Shown: positions 35,937-46,487 of the stretch, in pieces
How the letters are laid out: every line of letters starts with the position of its first letter
Position numbering within the stretch: the stretch's first letter is position 1
NCBI GenBank assembly: GCA_038211355.1
Contig: JBBQVR010000001.1
Location: 491 to 64,490, forward strand
Origin: Rhodobacterales bacterium
GTDB taxonomy: Bacteria; Pseudomonadota; Alphaproteobacteria; Rhodobacterales; Rhodobacteraceae
Direction: 5' to 3'
Length of the DNA: 64,000 bases
Position numbers and translations under genes: made by a program
The notes under the pieces: generated by a model
What the model saw: only the letters and a program-made list of their open reading frames with translations
Database searches by the model: none
What the model was told of the DNA's origin: nothing

Positions 35937-37511
35937 TTGGCGACTGTAGCAGAACTGCCGATCCAGACCAATGTCAGCGCAATGGACATGGCGAATGCCA
36001 TGTTCGGCCCCAGCATCACCATCGTCGACGCGACCTATAGTGGTGACGCCAGATCAGCCGGGATCTATACGAACGGCCTCGCCACATCACCGGGGGCGGT
36101 GCCGTCGGACAGCGGGGTGATCCTGTCCACGGGCAGGGTCGATGACTTTACCAACAGCAGCGGCCAGGTAAACCAGGTTGGGAACCGGTCAACCGACACC
36201 ACCGGCGCCAACGGCGATACGGACCTGAATGCTATCGCGGGCGTCCAGACCTACGACGCGGCGATCTTTCAGGCCACCTTTGTGCCTGCCGGGTCTGTCC
36301 TGACCATGCAGATCACTTTTTCTTCGGAAGAGTATCTGGAATACGTCGGAAGCGGGTTCAACGATGCGGTCGGCGTCTGGGTCAATGGCCAGAAGGCCGA
36401 ACTGACGGTCGGCAACGGCGACATCTCGATCAACAACATCAACCCCAATTCGAATGGCAACCTTTACCGTGATAACGCCAACGACCAATACAACACCGAG
36501 ATGGACGGATTTACCGTCACGCTGACACTGAAGGCGCCGGTCAATCCGGGTGTAAACAACACGATCAAGATCGGCATCGCCGATGGCGGCGACGCGGCAT
36601 GGGACAGCAACCTGCTGATCGCGGGCGATTCCGTCCAGACGGCGGTGGTGGCGGGGGATGACAGCTTTGTCGTAACCCAAGCCGGGACGGTGCAGGTCAA
36701 TCTGCTGGCCAATGACATCAATACCGGCGGCGGGACGCTGACGATCACCAAGATCAACGGGGTCGATGTTTTCGCAGGCCAGACGATCACCCTGCCGTCC
36801 GGGCTTGAAATTGTGGTGAACGCCAATGGCACGATCACCGTCATCAGCGATTACTCCGATCTGCCCGGCACGGCGAACTTTTCCTATGAGGTAGAGAACG
36901 CGGCAGGTGTGACGGACGTCGGCTTTGTCTCGGGCCAGATCATACCGTGCTTTGTCGAAGGCGCGCGGATCGAGACGGCGCGCGGGCCGGTCCGGGTTGA
37001 AGACGTGCGCGTTGGCGATCTGGTTCTGACGCTGGACGACGGGTTTCAGCCGGTCCGCTGGCACGGGCGGCGGCAGGTGGCGCAGCCCGGATCACTGGCC
37101 GCGATCCGCATTCCGGCAGGAGCGTTCGGTGACCATGGGGCGCTGGCAGTGTCTCCACAGCACCGGCTGTACCTGACCGGCTGGCGCGCCGAACTTTACT
37201 GCGGTGAAGGCGAGGTGCTGGTGAAGGCCATGCATCTGGTGCGGGCGGGCCGCCTGCGACAGGACGGGCCTGACACGGCGGTATCCTATCACCACCTTCT
37301 CTTTGACCGCCACCAGATCATCCGCGCCGAAGGGTTGTGGAGCGAGAGCTACCACCCAGGCCCGGCCACGCTGGCCGACCACGATCCCGACACGCTGGAC
37401 GAACTGCTGACGCTGTTCCCGGAACTGGCGACGGACCCCGCGCATGGCTATGGGCCGATTGCCCGCCCCGAAGCGACGGCACAGGCGGTGCGCCTGCTGG
37501 CCTTGGCCTGA
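35937..37511 (+). CDS. Choice-of-anchor-L-like domain, Ig/cadherin-like repeat and C-terminal Hint (bacterial intein-like) domain protein
   Basis: SGVILSTG, FSSEEYLEY, FNDAVG, KIGIADGGD...DS; AGDDSF...NLLAND; Hint begins PCFVEGARIET, VSPQHRL, YHHLLFDRHQII...SESYHPG. TTG start. Confidence 0.8.
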   Translation: MATVAELPIQTNVSAMDMANAMFGPSITIVDATYSGDARSAGIYTNGLATSPGAVPSDSGVILSTGRVDDFTNSSGQVNQVGNRSTDTTGANGDTDLNAIAGVQTYDAAIFQATFVPAGSVLTMQITFSSEEYLEYVGSGFNDAVGVWVNGQKAELTVGNGDISINNINPNSNGNLYRDNANDQYNTEMDGFTVTLTLKAPVNPGVNNTIKIGIADGGDAAWDSNLLIAGDSVQTAVVAGDDSFVVTQAGTVQVNLLANDINTGGGTLTITKINGVDVFAGQTITLPSGLEIVVNANGTITVISDYSDLPGTANFSYEVENAAGVTDVGFVSGQIIPCFVEGARIETARGPVRVEDVRVGDLVLTLDDGFQPVRWHGRRQVAQPGSLAAIRIPAGAFGDHGALAVSPQHRLYLTGWRAELYCGEGEVLVKAMHLVRAGRLRQDGPDTAVSYHHLLFDRHQIIRAEGLWSESYHPGPATLADHDPDTLDELLTLFPELATDPAHGYGPIARPEATAQAVRLLALA

Positions 37512-37521
37512 CGGCCGTTGG

Positions 37522-37881
37522 TCAGGGGCAGCGTTTCAGCGGGCTGACAAAGCCATCTTCAATGATTGCAAGGCCTTCGGGCAGGCGCATCAGCATCATG
37601 CGGTAAGAAGACGTCTCGCCCTCGGCGGCGCATTCGGCGTCATAGAGGATGGCATCCATGCCGGTGACCGGCACCGGATTGGTCAGCTTGCACTGATTTT
37701 CGACGCCCTTGAAGAGGTCACCCTCGATCGCGAGGGCGCCCCCGTCAGAGCCGACGCTTTGGCAATCCCAGCCTTCGGCCCAAGGTTGGTCAGGTCGGTA
37801 AAGCCCATCAAACGGCCCGGCCAGACCGGGGGTGGCAAGGCCGACGGCCAGACAGAGGATCAGGGGACGGCAAGGGTGCAT
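37522..37881 (-). CDS. Small secreted hypothetical protein (Cys-containing)
   Basis: Signal peptide (PGLA|G); several Cys; coupled to the dapD stop. Confidence 0.6.
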   Translation of the reverse strand: MHPCRPLILCLAVGLATPGLAGPFDGLYRPDQPWAEGWDCQSVGSDGGALAIEGDLFKGVENQCKLTNPVPVTGMDAILYDAECAAEGETSSYRMMLMRLPEGLAIIEDGFVSPLKRCP

Positions 37882-37882
37882 G

Positions 37883-38707
37883 TCAGTCCCGCAGAAGTTC
37901 GTTGATGCTGGTCTTGGAGCGGGTCTGCGCATCAACCTTCTTCACGATCACCGCGCAGTAAAGGTTGATACCGCCTTTCGACGGCATTGACCCTGCGACA
38001 ACGACCGACCCGGCCGGAACCTCGCCATACATGACCTCGCCCGTCTCACGGTCGACGATCTTGGTCGACTTGCCGATGAAGACCCCCATGCCAAGGACCG
38101 ACCCTTCGCGGATGATGCAGCCTTCCACGACTTCACTGCGTGCGCCGATAAAGCAGTCGTCTTCAATGATCGTGGGGCCGGCCTGCATGGGTTCCAGCAC
38201 CCCGCCGATGCCGACGCCGCCCGACAGGTGGACGTTCTTCCCGATCTGCGCGCAAGAGCCCACCGTGGCCCATCCATCGACCATCGACCCTTCGCCGACA
38301 TAGGCCCCGATGTTCACAAAGGATGGCATCAGGACCACACCCTTGGCAATGAACGCCGAACGCCGCACGATGGACCCCGGCACTGCGCGAAAGCCAGCCT
38401 TGCGCCAATCCTCAGCCGTCCAGCCGTGCCACTTCGACGGCACCTTGTCCCACCAGTTGGAACCGCCATTGCTGCCCGAAATCTCATGCATGTCGGTCAG
38501 GCGAAAGGACAGCAGCACCGCCTTCTTGGCCCACTGGTTCACATGCCAGTCGCTGCCCCGCTTTTCCGCCACCCGCAAGGCACCAGTATCCAGCGCCGTC
38601 AATGTCGCCTCGATCGCGTCGCGCGCCTCGCCCTTGGTGGCGGGAGTGATGCTGTCGCGGGCGTCCCAGGCGGACTCAATGGCGGCTTCAAGTGCGGCGT
38701 TGGACAT
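37883..38707 (-). CDS. dapD: 2,3,4,5-tetrahydropyridine-2,6-dicarboxylate N-succinyltransferase
   Basis: [57 protein letters not shown]. Confidence 0.97.
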   Translation of the reverse strand: MSNAALEAAIESAWDARDSITPATKGEARDAIEATLTALDTGALRVAEKRGSDWHVNQWAKKAVLLSFRLTDMHEISGSNGGSNWWDKVPSKWHGWTAEDWRKAGFRAVPGSIVRRSAFIAKGVVLMPSFVNIGAYVGEGSMVDGWATVGSCAQIGKNVHLSGGVGIGGVLEPMQAGPTIIEDDCFIGARSEVVEGCIIREGSVLGMGVFIGKSTKIVDRETGEVMYGEVPAGSVVVAGSMPSKGGINLYCAVIVKKVDAQTRSKTSINELLRD

Positions 38708-38786
38708 GTGCAGGGCCTTTTCGGTTGGTCACGGGCGTGGCGACCCTATAAAGCTGATGCCAGCCCCACGCAATCCGAGAGCCGTG

Positions 38787-39608
38787 ATGAAAGACGAACC
38801 CCGCGCCCACCCGTTCCGCGACTCTGTCGAGGATATCGCCGCCACCAAGCGCATTCCCGACACGCCACAGACCCGCGCGCCGGCCTACCGCCTTGCCTTT
38901 GCCGACCGCGATTTCATGACGCGCGAGGAATTGCGCCCGGTGCGGTTGCAGCTAGAGCTGCTGAAGCCGCAGCTGATCATGGACGAGCGGGGGATCGAGT
39001 CGACCGTTGTCATGTTCGGCGGCGCCCGGATCCCGGCGCCCGAACACAGGGATACTGCACGGACCAAGACCCTGGCCGACCTGTCGCACTACTATGACGA
39101 GGCGCGGCGCTTTGCTCGGATCATGACAGAGCGCAGCCTTGCAACCTATGGGCGGCAGAACGTGATCGTCACCGGCGGCGGCCCCGGCGTGATGGAGGCA
39201 GGCAATCGCGGTGCGGATGATGCGGGCGGGCAGTCGATCGGCCTGAACATCGTCTTGCCGCATGAACAGGCGCCGAACGTTTACGTGACCCCGGACCTGT
39301 CGTTCAACTTCCACTACTTCGCCATCCGCAAGATGCATTTCCTGATGCGCGCCAGCGCGGTCTGCGTTTTCCCCGGCGGCTTTGGCACGCTGGACGAGAT
39401 GTTCGAAAGCCTGACCCTGATCCAGACCAAACGGATGAAGGCGATCCCGTTCCTGCTGTTTGGCCGGCAGTGGTGGGAAAGTGTGATCAACTGGAACCAG
39501 CTGGCCGAGGCGGGGGTAATCTCGCCCGAGGATCTGAGCCTGTTCTCCATGGTGGAAACGGCGGAAGAGGCAGTTGCGGTGATTGACGGCTGGGTGGAGC
39601 CGTGTTGA
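38787..39608 (+). CDS. LOG-family (TIGR00730-like Rossmann fold) nucleotide phosphoribohydrolase
   Basis: VVMFGGAR, TGGGPGVMEAGNRGA, FHYFAIRKMHF, FPGGFGTLDE. Confidence 0.88.
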   Translation: MKDEPRAHPFRDSVEDIAATKRIPDTPQTRAPAYRLAFADRDFMTREELRPVRLQLELLKPQLIMDERGIESTVVMFGGARIPAPEHRDTARTKTLADLSHYYDEARRFARIMTERSLATYGRQNVIVTGGGPGVMEAGNRGADDAGGQSIGLNIVLPHEQAPNVYVTPDLSFNFHYFAIRKMHFLMRASAVCVFPGGFGTLDEMFESLTLIQTKRMKAIPFLLFGRQWWESVINWNQLAEAGVISPEDLSLFSMVETAEEAVAVIDGWVEPC

Positions 39609-39633
39609 TCCGCGGCGGTCAGGCCTGACGACA

Positions 39634-40830
39634 TCAGGCCGTCTGGCGCTGCCATCCCTCCAGAAACTCAACCCGGTTGCAGCCGGCAAAGGCCGCCAGG
39701 CGGTCAAGCTCGGCTTCAAGTGCGCGCTGACGGGCCTTGGTCAGCCGGACCCCCGGTTCGGGCCAGAATCCCTTGATCCGCAGCGACCCGACATCACGAT
39801 GGGCCTTGGCATCAAGGCGGCCGATCAGCCGGTCCCCTTCCAGCACCGGAAAGACATAGTAGCCGAAGACGCGCTGCGGTTCGGGGACGAAAACCTCGAT
39901 CCGGTAGACGAAGCCGAACAGGAATTCGGTCCGCTTGCGGTCCCGCAGGGCGGGATCGAAGGGTGACAGAATCCGCAGGCGGGCGCTGGGCGGGGGCGGC
40001 ACTTCGTCCAGCGTGTCTGGACGGGCAAAGGCCCGGCGGCGCTGCCCGGTGGCACCTTCCACCTCAACCTCCAGTATCTCACCCCGGGACAGGGCTGTGC
40101 GACACCAGTCGCGGGCGTCTTCGGGGGTGATGGCGTTCCAGTAGGCCGCAATCTCACCCGAGGTAGCAAAGCCCAGGTGGCCAAGCGCGCTGGTGCAGGC
40201 CCAGTCGGTTACCGTCTCTTGCGGCGCAGGCGCGCGGTGGGCAGCCGGGATCACGCGTTCCGTCAGGTCAAACATCTTGCGGAACCCCTCACGCCGGGTG
40301 ATGGCGACCTGCCCGGTGCGCCAAAGCCATTCCAGCGCGGTTTTCGACGGATGCCAGTCCCACCAGCCGCCCTTGCCGCGCACCTCATCCTTGCCGACAT
40401 CGCCGGTGCCCACCGGGCCATCCTTGGCGATGCGGTTCAGGATGGTGTCAAACTGCGCCTCATACCCCTCACGGAACCAACGGCGCCAATTGGCGTGCAG
40501 CCGGTCAGCGTCGCGGGCAAAGCGGTGCTGCCAGACCCCGTGCAGACGCACCGGCAGGATCGAGGCGTCATGCGTCCAGTGTTCCCAAAGACTGCGGTCG
40601 CGTTCCAGAAGCTGCTTGAGGGTTTCGGGCCGGTAGGACTGCCGCCGCGACCACAGGATCATGTCATGCGCGCGGGCGACGGTGTTGATGCTGTCCACCT
40701 GCACAAAGCCGATCCGGCTGATCAGGTCGTGCAAGGCCGGGCCCGTGACGGGGCCGACAGGCGCCTCGGCCAAGGCATGGCGGTGCAGGAACAGGCGGCG
40801 GGCATCGGGGTTGGCGATCAGCTTTGACAT
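39634..40830 (-). CDS. YcaQ/AlkZ-family (HTH_42) DNA glycosylase, YcaQ-like QxD type
   Basis: FVQVDSINTVARAHDMILWSR, LSPFDP, YRIEVFVPEPQRVFGYY, IGRLD. Confidence 0.82.
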   Translation of the reverse strand: MSKLIANPDARRLFLHRHALAEAPVGPVTGPALHDLISRIGFVQVDSINTVARAHDMILWSRRQSYRPETLKQLLERDRSLWEHWTHDASILPVRLHGVWQHRFARDADRLHANWRRWFREGYEAQFDTILNRIAKDGPVGTGDVGKDEVRGKGGWWDWHPSKTALEWLWRTGQVAITRREGFRKMFDLTERVIPAAHRAPAPQETVTDWACTSALGHLGFATSGEIAAYWNAITPEDARDWCRTALSRGEILEVEVEGATGQRRRAFARPDTLDEVPPPPSARLRILSPFDPALRDRKRTEFLFGFVYRIEVFVPEPQRVFGYYVFPVLEGDRLIGRLDAKAHRDVGSLRIKGFWPEPGVRLTKARQRALEAELDRLAAFAGCNRVEFLEGWQRQTA

Positions 40831-41011
40831 TTGCAAGGCCTAGCATTGCGCAGGCCTGCGACAGAAGCGGGAAATACCCATGTTAGCCTGCATGACGCAT
40901 TGGAAAGTTCCCGCTTTGGACTTAGCGTGACATGGCCTTCGGAGATGAAGGCCATGTCACCGCTTGGCGCGTTTGCCGATCTGGGCATCGGGCTGGAAAG
41001 GACAATCGCCA

Positions 41012-42292
41012 TTGCCACATGACACGCCCCTGATCACCACCCTTGTTGCGGGCTTTGGCCTGGCCTTCCTGTTCGGCCTTCTGGCGCAGCGGCTGAAGTT
41101 GCCGCTGATTGCGGGCTATCTTCTGGCGGGTGTCGTGATCGGGCCGTTTACACCGGGCTATGTGGCCGACATGGGCCTGGCCACGGAACTGGCGGAACTG
41201 GGGGTGATCCTTCTGATGTTCGGGGTGGGTCTGCACTTTTCGCCCAGGGACCTGATGGCGGTAAAGGCGATTGCGGTGCCCGGCGCGGTTGCGCAGATTG
41301 CGGTGGCCAGCGCATTCGGCACGGCGATGGGCTGGGCGCTTGGCTGGGGGCTCGGTGCGGGGCTTATCTTCGGGCTGGCGCTGTCTGTCGCGTCCACCGT
41401 GGTGCTGCTGCGGGCCTTGCAGGACCGCGACCTTGTGCACACCGAAAAGGGCCGCGCCGCCGTGGGCTGGCTGATCGTCGAGGATCTGGTGATGGTTCTG
41501 GCACTGGTCCTGATTCCGCCGCTGGCCGGGCTGTTGGGCGGCATCGCCATGCCCGTAGTCGAAGAGGCCGAGATTGTAGCCGAGGTTGGCATTGGCATCG
41601 GGCCGATTGCGGCGACCGTGCTGATCACCTTGGCAAAGGCCGCGACCTTTGTGGCCTTCATGCTGGTCATTGGCCGCAGGGTCATCCCTTGGGTGCTGCA
41701 TTTCGTGTCGCAAACCCGCTCGCGTGAGCTGTTTCGGCTGGCGGTGCTGGCGATTGCGTTGGGGGTTGCCTATGGCGCGACGTTCTTCTTTGGCGTGTCC
41801 TTCGCCCTTGGTGCGTTCTTTGCCGGGATGGTGATGTCGTCATCAACGCTCTCGTCGCAGGCCATGCGTGAGACGCTGCCCCTGCGCGATGCCTTTGCCG
41901 TGCTGTTCTTCGTGTCGGTGGGGATGCTGTTCAACCCCGAGGTCGTTCTGACCTCCCCCCTCGCCTTGCTGGCGACGGTGGTGATCATCGTCGGCGTCAA
42001 GGCGGCGACGGCCTACTACCTCGTGCGGGCTTTCGGGCATGACCGCGACATGGGGCTGACGATCGCCGCCAGCCTGGCCCAGATAGGCGAGTTTTCGTTC
42101 ATCCTGATTACCATGGGCGTCAAGCTGGCCATCGTCCCGGATGAGGCGCGGGATCTGGTGGTTGCGGGGGCAATGATCTCGATTCTGGTGAACCCGCTGC
42201 TGTTTCACCTGCTGGACCGAAGGTTGGCGCGCAATGCAGCTTCGCCAGATCCGGCTACAAGTGAAGCGCCCGCCGCGGCACCGAACCCTTAG
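41012..42292 (+). CDS. CPA2-family cation:proton antiporter (YbaL/RosB-like, no C-terminal KTN domain)
   Basis: TTG start after GAAAGGA RBS gives MPHDTPLITT; GYLLAG, GPFTPG, LSVASTVV, LAQIGEFSF. Confidence 0.85.
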   Translation: MPHDTPLITTLVAGFGLAFLFGLLAQRLKLPLIAGYLLAGVVIGPFTPGYVADMGLATELAELGVILLMFGVGLHFSPRDLMAVKAIAVPGAVAQIAVASAFGTAMGWALGWGLGAGLIFGLALSVASTVVLLRALQDRDLVHTEKGRAAVGWLIVEDLVMVLALVLIPPLAGLLGGIAMPVVEEAEIVAEVGIGIGPIAATVLITLAKAATFVAFMLVIGRRVIPWVLHFVSQTRSRELFRLAVLAIALGVAYGATFFFGVSFALGAFFAGMVMSSSTLSSQAMRETLPLRDAFAVLFFVSVGMLFNPEVVLTSPLALLATVVIIVGVKAATAYYLVRAFGHDRDMGLTIAASLAQIGEFSFILITMGVKLAIVPDEARDLVVAGAMISILVNPLLFHLLDRRLARNAASPDPATSEAPAAAPNP

Positions 42293-42293
42293 A

Positions 42294-43466
42294 TCAAAGC
42301 CCCGCCTCAGCCGCGATTTGCGCCTTGGACTTGCGCGCGCGCTCGGTGGCAGATTTCAGCTGGCCGCAGGCGGCCATGATATCTTCACCCCGCGGCGTGC
42401 GGATCGGGCTGGCGTAACCGGCGTGGTAGATGATGTCGGCAAAGGCGTGAATGCGGTTGCCGGAAGACCGTTTGTAAGGCGCGCCGGGCCATTCGTTGAA
42501 CGGGATCAGGTTGACCTTCGCCGGGATGCCCTCAAGCAGTTTCACCAACCGGTGAGCGTCTTCCTTGGTGTCGTTGACGCCGTCCAACATCACGTATTCA
42601 AAGGTGATCCGTTCGCTGTTCGACAGGCCCGGATAGGCCTTCAGCGCCTCCAGGAGAGTGGCGATGTTCCAGCGCTTGTTGATCGGCACCAACTGGTCGC
42701 GCACCTCATCCGTGGTGGCGTGGAAGCTGACGGCCAGCAAGCAGCCGATTTCCGTCGCCGTGCGGGCAATCTCGGGGACGACGCCGCTGGTTGACAGGGT
42801 GATCCGGCGGCGGCCAAGGGCGATGCCTTCGTTGTCCATCACCACGCGCATCGCGTCGCGGACGTTGTCGAAGTTGTACAAAGGCTCACCCATGCCCATC
42901 AGCACGATGTTCGAGATCAGGCGCGTTTCCACCTTGGGCGCGCCCTGCACCGGCCATTCGCCAAGGTCATCGCGGGCCAGCATCACTTGCCCCACAATCT
43001 CACCGGCGGTCAGGTTGCGGACCAGTTTCTGCGTGCCGGTATGGCAGAAGGAGCAGGTCAGCGTGCAACCAACCTGGGACGAAATGCACAGCGTGCCCCG
43101 GTCGGTTTCAGGGATATAGACCACCTCAACCTCATGCCCGCCGGCGATGCGGACAAGGTATTTGCGGGTGCCATCCTCGGAAATCTGACGGGTGACGACC
43201 TGCGGCAATTCGATGGTGAAGTGGTCGGCCAGCAGCGCGCGGTAGTCCTTGGCAAGGTTGGTCATCAGCGCGAAATCACGCACGCCCCAGTGGTAGACCC
43301 ACTGCCAAAGCTGCCCAAGGCGCATCTTGGCCTGCTTTTCAGGCGTCCCCGCCGCAATCAGGGCCTCACGCAGCTGGTCGCGGGTCAGGCCGACGATGTT
43401 GGTCTTGTCCGACACAGGCAGCTTGCGCGGCAGGGTCAGCACGTCTTGGGTGATCGGGGCGGTCAT
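42294..43466 (-). CDS. rlmN: 23S rRNA/tRNA m2A methyltransferase RlmN
   Basis: [39 protein letters not shown]. Confidence 0.97.
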   Translation of the reverse strand: MTAPITQDVLTLPRKLPVSDKTNIVGLTRDQLREALIAAGTPEKQAKMRLGQLWQWVYHWGVRDFALMTNLAKDYRALLADHFTIELPQVVTRQISEDGTRKYLVRIAGGHEVEVVYIPETDRGTLCISSQVGCTLTCSFCHTGTQKLVRNLTAGEIVGQVMLARDDLGEWPVQGAPKVETRLISNIVLMGMGEPLYNFDNVRDAMRVVMDNEGIALGRRRITLSTSGVVPEIARTATEIGCLLAVSFHATTDEVRDQLVPINKRWNIATLLEALKAYPGLSNSERITFEYVMLDGVNDTKEDAHRLVKLLEGIPAKVNLIPFNEWPGAPYKRSSGNRIHAFADIIYHAGYASPIRTPRGEDIMAACGQLKSATERARKSKAQIAAEAGL

Positions 43467-43546
43467 CGGGGCAGATCCTTGCTTGGGGCCTTGCGACAGG
43501 CGATCTGGTGGGGTTGGCAGCGCTATAGGCCATCCGCCGCCAAAAC

Positions 43547-43573
43547 AAAAGCGCCCCGCGAGGGGGGCTCTTT
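43547..43573 (-). terminator. Probable intrinsic terminator after the IalB-family gene
   Basis: GC-rich stem with GCGA loop flanked by A-tracts on + (U-tract on -). Confidence 0.55.
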
Positions 43574-43591
43574 GCGGGCCTTTCGGCTGCT

Positions 43592-44110
43592 TTACTTGCA
43601 GCGCGCTTCGGCGTCGGTCATGGCTGCAGTGAAGCCGCGAAGCGAGAACGTGTCGGCCGTCTGCGTGCCACGACCTGACCGCGCGGTCATCACGGCGGTG
43701 GTGCCATTCTTCATCGCGGCCAGCAGGGCTGCATCATCCTCGGCGCTGCCCGGCCAGGCCCATTCACCATCGGTGAACAGCTGGTAGGGCTGGCCATCGA
43801 CGGTCACATCGACCGTTGATCCGCCCGCAAAGGGGTAGCCGCCGGTAAAGCTGATCTCACCGGGTTTGCCGGGCCGGAAGGTAACGAACAGCAGCACATC
43901 GCCACGCCGCACCGACACCGGCGCACCGTCACGGGTGTTGTTCATTTCCTTCGGCTTGGACACGCCCCAACACTCCTTGGGGGTTTCCTCGGTGAAGACG
44001 TTCCAATCGGTCATGGTGGCGACCCGGTTGGTGGATTCTTGTGCGAAGCTGGCCGTGGCGGCAAAGCTGATCGCGGCTACCGCAAGCGTGCGACCGAAAA
44101 GGGAAGTCAT
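43592..44110 (-). CDS. Invasion-associated locus B (IalB) family periplasmic protein
   Basis: Signal peptide (SFA|Q); DWNVF...CWGVSKP; AMKNG...[13 protein letters not shown]. Confidence 0.8.
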   Translation of the reverse strand: MTSLFGRTLAVAAISFAATASFAQESTNRVATMTDWNVFTEETPKECWGVSKPKEMNNTRDGAPVSVRRGDVLLFVTFRPGKPGEISFTGGYPFAGGSTVDVTVDGQPYQLFTDGEWAWPGSAEDDAALLAAMKNGTTAVMTARSGRGTQTADTFSLRGFTAAMTDAEARCK

Positions 44111-44283
44111 GTCTGACGCAGCCTCCAAGCTGTCTTGTGCCTTTGCGCCGGTGCCAGCGGGTCTTTGCAACCCTTTTGACTGGCGCGGCACGTCTCTACC
44201 CGATATCCCACCCTTAGACAAAAACACCAATCCGCGAAAGCCCTGTGGGCGACAATTCGCGCAGATGTTACGGGATGCTACCG

Positions 44284-45279
44284 ATGACCAGACCGCAACC
44301 GATGGCCGATCTCTGGCGTGGGGGACTTCTGGAAAGCAGCCATGCCGGTCATGCCGTGATCTGTGATGGCGCGGGCGTGGTCGACTGCTGGGGTGATCCG
44401 GCGGCGGTGATCTTTCCGCGGTCGTCGTGCAAGATGATCCAGGCGCTGCCCCTGCTGGAAACCGGGGCGGCTGCGGCGGCGGGGCTGACCGATGCCCATC
44501 TGGCCTTTGCCTGCGCCAGCCATCAGGGCGAGGGGCGGCATGTGAAGCTGGCCGGTGACTGGCTGACAACGCTTGGTCTGGCCGAACCTTCCTTACGCTG
44601 CGGTGCGCATGAACCCTATGACCGCGATGAACGCAACCGCCTGATCAAGACCGACACCAGCCCGTGCCAGCTGCACAACAACTGCTCGGGCAAGCATTGC
44701 GGGTTCCTGACCGTGACGCAGCACCTGAAGGCGGGGCCGGAATATGTTGAGCTGGACCACCCCCTCCAACGCCTGATCCGCCAGACGACTGAGGAAGTGA
44801 CCGATGAAACCGTCGCCGGCTACGGGATTGACGGCTGCTCGGCCCCGAATTTTGCAATGTCGGTGACGGGCCTTGCCCGCGCGATGGCCCGCTTTGCCAA
44901 TGCCAGTGACGCAGGCGACACCCGGTCGCGCGCCATGCACCGGCTGACGCGCGCGATGGCCACCTATCCGGAACTGGTGGCGGGCGAAGGCCGCGCCTGC
45001 ACCGAACTGATGCGCGCGATGGGCGGCCGTGTGGCGTTGAAAACCGGGGCCGAGGCGGTCTTTGTGGCCATCCTGCCCGAGCAGAAGCTGGGCATCGCTC
45101 TCAAGATCACCGATGGCGGTACCCGCGGGGCCGAGGCTGCGATCACCGCCCTTTTGATCCGCGCCGGGGTTCTGGACGCAAACCACCCGGCGGCCAGAAA
45201 GCGGCTGGGCGGCCCGCAGACCAACTGGCGCGGCCTTTACACCGGTGAGACGCGCCTTGCCCCGGGGTTTCCTGGTTGA
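44284..45279 (+). CDS. L-asparaginase II (rhizobial AnsA type)
   Basis: RGGLLESSHAGH, PRSSCKMIQ, CASHQGE, NNCSGKH, DGCSAP, KTGAE. Confidence 0.85.
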   Translation: MTRPQPMADLWRGGLLESSHAGHAVICDGAGVVDCWGDPAAVIFPRSSCKMIQALPLLETGAAAAAGLTDAHLAFACASHQGEGRHVKLAGDWLTTLGLAEPSLRCGAHEPYDRDERNRLIKTDTSPCQLHNNCSGKHCGFLTVTQHLKAGPEYVELDHPLQRLIRQTTEEVTDETVAGYGIDGCSAPNFAMSVTGLARAMARFANASDAGDTRSRAMHRLTRAMATYPELVAGEGRACTELMRAMGGRVALKTGAEAVFVAILPEQKLGIALKITDGGTRGAEAAITALLIRAGVLDANHPAARKRLGGPQTNWRGLYTGETRLAPGFPG

Positions 45280-45309
45280 TTTGAAAGCCGAAGCCGGTAA
45301 ACTTTCCCG

Positions 45310-45657
45310 ATGAACGCCGAAGCGCCCATACCGTTTCCAGCCCTCAACCTCAGCTTTGATGAGGTTGTCCGCTTTGACCGCAAAGAGCTGAACCTGATCC
45401 TGCGGGTCTATGGCCAGATGGTCGCGGCAGGGGAATGGCGGGATTACGCCATCAGCGCCCTGCGCGATCTGGCGGTGTTCAGCGTCTTTCGCCGAACCGC
45501 AGAACACGCGCTTTACCGGATCGAAAAGCGCCCGAAGCTGCGGGCGCGGCAGGGGCTTTATGCCGTGGTAGCAATGGACGGCCGGATCTTGCGCCGGGGT
45601 CAGGATCTGGAGCAGGTGCTGAAGGTGCTTGAACGGCGGCTGATCGGCCCCGTCTGA
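45310..45657 (+). CDS. DUF2794-family protein
   Basis: FDRKELNLILRVYGQMVAAGEWRDYAI...AVFSVFRR. Confidence 0.8.
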   Translation: MNAEAPIPFPALNLSFDEVVRFDRKELNLILRVYGQMVAAGEWRDYAISALRDLAVFSVFRRTAEHALYRIEKRPKLRARQGLYAVVAMDGRILRRGQDLEQVLKVLERRLIGPV

Positions 45658-45668
45658 TCCCTATGGCC

Positions 45669-46487
45669 CTAAACCACCCGCTGCCGCGCCTGCACCAGCC
45701 CGCCACCGCCCGCGGAAATGCGGGCAACCGCCTCACGGATGCCTTCATACGAGACGGACATCGTATGGCCATTCGCGTGGATCAGCAGCTTTTCGTTGAC
45801 CACCATCGCCACATGCCCGCGCCAGAAGATCAGGTCGCCCCGCTGCAACTCATCAGTGGGGGACAGACCACGCCCCAGGGCCATCTGCATGTCGCTGTCG
45901 CCTGGGCAATCGCGGCCCGTGGCGTGAATTGAGATTTGCACCAGACCGGAACAATCAATCCCGAAGCTGGAGTTGCCGCCCCAAAGATAGGGCGTCCCAA
46001 GCAGGCTTTCGGCCACCGATACGGCATCCGGCGCCTCATGGTCAAGCGGGCGGATATGGCACATCGGCACATAGCCGTGGGGCGTGTTTGCCCAGGCGCC
46101 CCAGGCCCCGGTGACAGCCAGCCGCGCCCCAAGGCTGAGGCTGCCTTTTTCCGGCGACTGCACAAGGGGTTCGGAATAGATATGGGTGGCGGGGGCGGCG
46201 ACCCAATGCGTCACCTCAGGCCCACGCCCCACAGCCTTTTCCGGGATCCAGCCGCAATAGCCGTCGCGCACCGATTGTACGAAGACATGGCCCTGATCGC
46301 GGTCGATCAGCAGCACGTCGGCCCCCAGCAAAAGCTGGCGGCTCCGCGCGCCCCCCGGCTTGTCCAAGAGGTTGGTCATGTGCATGACCACTTGCGCGCG
46401 TTCGCCTTCGGTAAAGCGGGCCGAGACCTGACCCTGCAGGCTGACATGGGCGACACGGCCTGAAAACGGGGTGGTGCGCTTGTCCAT
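45669..46487 (-). CDS. NlpC/P60 (C40) peptidase with N-terminal SH3-like domains
   Basis: LGTPYLWGG...GIDCSGLVQ, GDLIFWRGHV, IHAN. Confidence 0.9.
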   Translation of the reverse strand: MDKRTTPFSGRVAHVSLQGQVSARFTEGERAQVVMHMTNLLDKPGGARSRQLLLGADVLLIDRDQGHVFVQSVRDGYCGWIPEKAVGRGPEVTHWVAAPATHIYSEPLVQSPEKGSLSLGARLAVTGAWGAWANTPHGYVPMCHIRPLDHEAPDAVSVAESLLGTPYLWGGNSSFGIDCSGLVQISIHATGRDCPGDSDMQMALGRGLSPTDELQRGDLIFWRGHVAMVVNEKLLIHANGHTMSVSYEGIREAVARISAGGGGLVQARQRVV

